Shown here: positions 60,621 to 64,000 of the stretch, piece by piece | Layout of the letters: each line of letters starts with the position of its first letter | Numbering within the stretch: the first letter of the stretch is position 1 | Source: an uncultured Actinomycetes bacterium | Lineage (GTDB): Bacteria; Actinomycetota; UBA4738; HRBIN12 | Reading direction: 5' to 3' | Assembly: GCA_963704885.1 (NCBI GenBank) | Contig: CAVPIB010000004.1 | Span: 192,001 to 256,000 of the forward strand | Length of the DNA: 64,000 nucleotides | Notes under the pieces: model-generated | Told to the model about the DNA's origin: nothing | Databases searched by the model: none | Seen by the model: the letters and a program-made list of their open reading frames with translations, nothing else | Made by a program: the position numbers and the translations under genes

Positions 60621-61358
60621 ATGTCGCTTCGACCAGGCCCCACGCGACCAGCGCTGCGTGGTCCGATCCGGTGGGGATCCGCGCCCAGACCGCGAGGGGG
60701 AACCAGGGCACTCGCGCGGTTGACGACCGAGGATGCCTTACGGTTCACCGGCACGGTCGCCCAGGCGGTTCCGTTCGTGGAGCGAGCGCGTGGATGGGAG
60801 GCCGTCGCCAACCGGGTGTATGGATCGGACCCGCGGTGCGGCTTCTTGTCCCTGGAGCCGTGGGCGAAGGCTCGCGAGCGCTGGAACCGGGGGCTCCGTA
60901 GGCTCGAACGAACGGCCCGGGTCATCGCCATCACCGACGTCAGGGAGTGCTACGCGTCCATAGGCCCTTCGGTCGTCCAGGACCAACTGGCGTCCCTGGG
61001 AACACCCTCTGGTATCGCGAGTGAGGTGGGGCGCTGGCTCGAGCTCCTCGGCGATGCGGGGGTGGTTGGCCTGCCGATCGGCCCCGAGGCCTCCGTGGTG
61101 CTCGCCGACGCCGTACTCCTGGCAGGCGATATCGCCCTTCGTACGTCAGGGATCGCGCATCTGCGCTGGGTCGACGACGTCGTCATCGCCTCGCCTGATG
61201 CGCGGAGCGCGGTTCGGGCCCTGGATCGGCTGCGCCGGGCGTGGTCGACCGTTGGCCTGGAGATCAACGACGCCAAGACCCAGATGCTGGATCGGGATGG
61301 TTTCGGTGCCCTTCGCGCCCGATCGAATTCGCCCACGGGTGCTGCCTCGCTGCGATAA
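60621..61358 (+). CDS. Short reverse transcriptase (RNA-dependent DNA polymerase)-like protein
   Basis: RT motifs in correct order and spacing: PRPRGGTRAL..ED (RT1/2), IAITDVRECYASI (motif A), GLPIGPEASVVLADAVL (motif B), HLRWVDDVVI (motif C, YxDD-like), GLEINDAKT. Confidence 0.85.
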   Translation: MSLRPGPTRPALRGPIRWGSAPRPRGGTRALARLTTEDALRFTGTVAQAVPFVERARGWEAVANRVYGSDPRCGFLSLEPWAKARERWNRGLRRLERTARVIAITDVRECYASIGPSVVQDQLASLGTPSGIASEVGRWLELLGDAGVVGLPIGPEASVVLADAVLLAGDIALRTSGIAHLRWVDDVVIASPDARSAVRALDRLRRAWSTVGLEINDAKTQMLDRDGFGALRARSNSPTGAASLR

Positions 61359-61367
61359 TCGCCTCCG

Positions 61368-62882
61368 GTGAAGACCCTCCTGCGCGCGGCTCGGGTTCAC
61401 ACGCTCGCCTTCCCGGAGACCGGCGAGTGGGTCCTGGTGGACGGCAGGCACATCCAGCGGGTGGGGAGCGGGGCGCCGCCGGTGGCCGACCGCGTCGTGG
61501 ACCTTCCAGGTGCGACGATCCTGCCGGGCTTCATCGACACCCACGTGCACCTCACGGCGACCGGGCTGGCCCTCACGAACCGCGATACGGAGCAGGCGGC
61601 TTCGGCCTCGGAACTACTAGACCTTGCCCGGGCCCGCGCCTCGGGAGGTGACGGACCGATCTTCCTCCGAGGGTTCGACGAGACTCGATGGGACGACCCC
61701 AGACACCCGTCCATGGAGGATCTGGACTCCGTGACCGCCCGGCCACTGGTTCTGCAGCGGGCCGACGGTCACCTCGCGCTCGCGAACTCCGCGGCCCTTC
61801 ACGCTGCCGGCCTGGCCGACGATGAGGAGGGCGTGGATCGCGATGCGTCGGGCCGCCCGACGGGAAGGGTCACGCGGGAAGCGCTTCACCGCTTGGGTCG
61901 GTGGACGGCTGGGTCGCTCGACGACCACGCGATCCAGGAGCTCCAGCTCCAGGCGGCGGCGCTCGGCGCGTCTCGCGGCGTCACCGCGGTGCACGAGATG
62001 TCCATGCCTCACTGGTTCGGCCTGCGCGACCTCCAGGTGTTCCTGGGTCATCGAGAGCGGCTGCCGCTCGACGCCGAGCCGATCGTTGCCACCATGGACA
62101 TCCCTCAGATCATGGATCTGGGACTGCCGGCTATCGGCGGCGACCTACCCTTGGACGGATCGATCGGAGCTCGGACGGCAGCGGTCATGGCGCCCTACGC
62201 GGACGAGGCAGGCGCCGGAGCCTCCTACCACACCGATGACGAGCTGGCCGCGTTCTTCCAGGGCGGTCACGTCGCTGGACTCCAGGTCGGAGTCCACGCG
62301 ATCGGGGATCGCGCCATCGAGCAGGTCTTATCGGTGTGGGAGCGCGTGTATCACGCGCTCGACTCCAGGGAACGACGACACTTCCGCGCGCGCCGCCACA
62401 GGGTGGAGCACTTCGAGATGGCCACCACGTCGCAGGTGGAACGCGCGGCCATGCTGGGTCTCGCGGTCTCGGTGCAGCCGACGTTCGACCGGTTGTGGGG
62501 CCAACAGGGCGGCCTCTACCAAGCGGCGCTTGGGTGGGACCGGGCGAGCTTGATGAACCCGTTCCGAACCATGGTCGAACGGGGGATCGAGCTCGGGGCC
62601 GGTTCGGATACGCCCGTGACGCCGTTCGACCCCATGATGTCGATCGCTGCGTGTGAGTCGCATCACGCACCGGGGCAACGGCTCTCGAGGTTCGAGGCGG
62701 TCCGTCTCCACACAGTGGGAAGCGCGCGCATCGGACACCAGGAGGAGAAGAAGGGGGCGCTCGGCCCCGGAATGCACGCGGACCTGGTGGCGTTCGAGGA
62801 AGACCCCATGACCGCCACCTCAGTCGAGGATCTACGCCCGATCCTCACTCTCTCGCTGGGCCGGGAGGTCTTCGCGCGATGA
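61368..62882 (+). CDS. Amidohydrolase 3 family (YtcJ-like)
   Basis: DLPGATILPGFIDTHVH, DGHLALANSAAL, DGSIGARTA, HAIGDRA, HRVEH, GSD.P, ADLV. Confidence 0.9.
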   Translation: MKTLLRAARVHTLAFPETGEWVLVDGRHIQRVGSGAPPVADRVVDLPGATILPGFIDTHVHLTATGLALTNRDTEQAASASELLDLARARASGGDGPIFLRGFDETRWDDPRHPSMEDLDSVTARPLVLQRADGHLALANSAALHAAGLADDEEGVDRDASGRPTGRVTREALHRLGRWTAGSLDDHAIQELQLQAAALGASRGVTAVHEMSMPHWFGLRDLQVFLGHRERLPLDAEPIVATMDIPQIMDLGLPAIGGDLPLDGSIGARTAAVMAPYADEAGAGASYHTDDELAAFFQGGHVAGLQVGVHAIGDRAIEQVLSVWERVYHALDSRERRHFRARRHRVEHFEMATTSQVERAAMLGLAVSVQPTFDRLWGQQGGLYQAALGWDRASLMNPFRTMVERGIELGAGSDTPVTPFDPMMSIAACESHHAPGQRLSRFEAVRLHTVGSARIGHQEEKKGALGPGMHADLVAFEEDPMTATSVEDLRPILTLSLGREVFAR

Positions 62883-62918
62883 GATGGTCGCTTTGTCACT
62901 CTTTGTTGGCCGCTCAGC

Positions 62919-62948
62919 TTGACGCTTCGGACATACGCGGCGTACCTT
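62919..62948 (+). promoter_or_regulatory. Sigma70/SigA-type promoter TTGACG-N18-TACCTT
   Basis: Near-consensus -35 and TANNNT -10 with no ORF start directly downstream. Confidence 0.55.
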
Positions 62949-62954
62949 TCGCGT

Positions 62955-63120
62955 CGCGTCACCGCCCCGGCGGAGGCGCACGGTAGGACCCAAGAGGCTG
63001 AGTAGAGAACGCGGCGCCCCGGCGTCGCGGCCCCAAAGGTCTCTTGGGTCCTTACCTGTTCTTGGCCCTTCCTCGCTCCTCGGGGAATGGATGGAGGCCC
63101 CGCGGTGTTGTGCCCGCGGC
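62955..63120 (+). ncRNA. Candidate small structured RNA (6S-like rod)
   Basis: GGACCCAAGAG/CTCTTGGGTCC 11-bp stem plus GGTA/TACC, internal loop, apical GC stem, CACCGC/GCGGTG closing pairing; bracketed by two promoters. Confidence 0.45.
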
Positions 63121-63208
63121 ATCGTTTGCAGCGTCATTCGACGGCAGTACAATCCGCGCGCGACCGAGGCGGTCGAAGCTTGGAACTCCGAAGACATCGA
63201 AGGACCGG

Positions 63209-63586
63209 ATGACTGACATCGATGGATCCGTGGAGGACGACGAAGTGGCCGGCTCCGATGAGCCGGACGACGCCGAGCCCTCCGAGGCCGATCTACAAGG
63301 CGCCGCGGTGCCGGCCGAGCCCGTGGACCCCGCCGATCCGGTGAACGCCGAGGTGGAGTCGATCCAAGACCTCTTGGTGAAGCAGGAGGCGAGGGCCGAA
63401 GAGGAAGAGGCCGAAGACGAGGACGAGCCCGTGGTCGCCCTCACGAAGGACGAGCGTCTCGAACCCGTGGAGACCCGCGTAGAGCCGATCCAGTCGACCG
63501 AGTTCGTATGCAAGAGGTGCTTCCTGGTCAAGCACAGGAGCCAGCTGGCAGACAAGAAGAGGATGCTCTGCCGAGACTGCGCCTGA
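63209..63586 (+). CDS. DUF4193 family protein
   Basis: Acidic N-terminus, then V.P.Q..EF.C.RCFLV.HRSQLA......CRDCA; own promoter TTGCAG-N16-TACAAT (63126-63153). Confidence 0.85.
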   Translation: MTDIDGSVEDDEVAGSDEPDDAEPSEADLQGAAVPAEPVDPADPVNAEVESIQDLLVKQEARAEEEEAEDEDEPVVALTKDERLEPVETRVEPIQSTEFVCKRCFLVKHRSQLADKKRMLCRDCA

Positions 63587-63588
63587 AG

Positions 63589-64000
63589 GTGCGTCCGCCG
63601 CTCTCCCTTTCCCTGCCGGTCGCGTTGGCGAGTGGGATCGTGCTGTCGACGGCCTTCCCTCCGATCGGCTGGTGGCCGGTGGCGTTCGTGGCGGTGGCGC
63701 CCCTGCTGTGGTTGCTCTCCTCGACCGGGCCTCGCCGCGGCGCCCTGCTGGGACTCGCGTTCGGCCTGGGTTTCTACGGCGTCACCCTCTACTGGATCCT
63801 GCGCTTCGGCGAGCTCGCGTTCGTAGGGCTCGTGTTGCTCTGCATGCTCTCCACGGCACTGTTCGGATCGGTGGCCCCAGCGGTCTTCCGGCGCGAACGG
63901 CCGTTGATGACGGCGCTCGGCCTGGCCGCGCTTTGGACCCTGGTCGACTGGGTCCGCGGATCGTGGCCTCTCGGAGGGTTCACGTGGGGATCGCTCGGCG
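63589..64000 (+). CDS. lnt: Apolipoprotein N-acyltransferase (3'-truncated by window edge)
   Basis: Read manually, not in the ORF track: SG..L..AFPP.GWWP.AFVA.APL...G.AFG.GF....LYWI...W...DW.R..WP.GGF.WG.LG. Confidence 0.85.
   Translation, partial: MRPPLSLSLPVALASGIVLSTAFPPIGWWPVAFVAVAPLLWLLSSTGPRRGALLGLAFGLGFYGVTLYWILRFGELAFVGLVLLCMLSTALFGSVAPAVFRRERPLMTALGLAALWTLVDWVRGSWPLGGFTWGSLG

Noticed and set aside
60480-61358. Retron, DGR or group II intron interpretation of the RT
   Set aside because: No VTG motif or clear msr-msd inverted repeats, no template/variable repeat pair differing at adenines, no maturase domain or intron domain V seen.
1-64000. CRISPR arrays, rRNA, transposases, prophage genes
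   Set aside because: None seen on reading; no regularly spaced repeats or recognisable motifs.

Overview
GC-rich actinobacterial chromosomal segment. The Pup-proteasome locus, PafBC, HelY, DUF4193 and many leaderless TANNNT promoters point to Actinomycetota; a non-Actinomycetia lineage is only an inference from gene order. Most of the window is housekeeping: uvrB/uvrA/uvrC-rapZ, gap-pgk-tpiA plus an ApgM-type mutase, an Opp/Dpp ABC transporter, secG, tRNA-Leu(GAG), an ABC-F ATPase, two tandem GcvT/DmdA-like aminomethyltransferases, HtrA, a site-2 protease, TtuB/TtuA-like genes, trmI, arc-dop-pup-prcB-prcA-pafA, pafBC, tatA/B-tatC, helY, cysS, an Lrp regulator and the start of lnt. The best candidate for an undescribed system is a stand-alone, very short (about 245 aa) reverse transcriptase at 60621-61358. 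It has a WVDD catalytic motif and no apparent thumb, its RBS is sequestered in a leader hairpin, it is divergent from Lrp, and it lies near a highly structured 200-nt element. Other notable items: a promoter-delimited 6S-like ncRNA candidate (about 62955-63120), a 6-7-6 palindrome repeated at three convergent gene junctions (two copies flank a peptidase plus SARP-kinase fusion cassette), PafBC-type promoters at uvrA/uvrC, and a probable ACG start codon. All calls come from motif reading; no database searches or folding programs were run.
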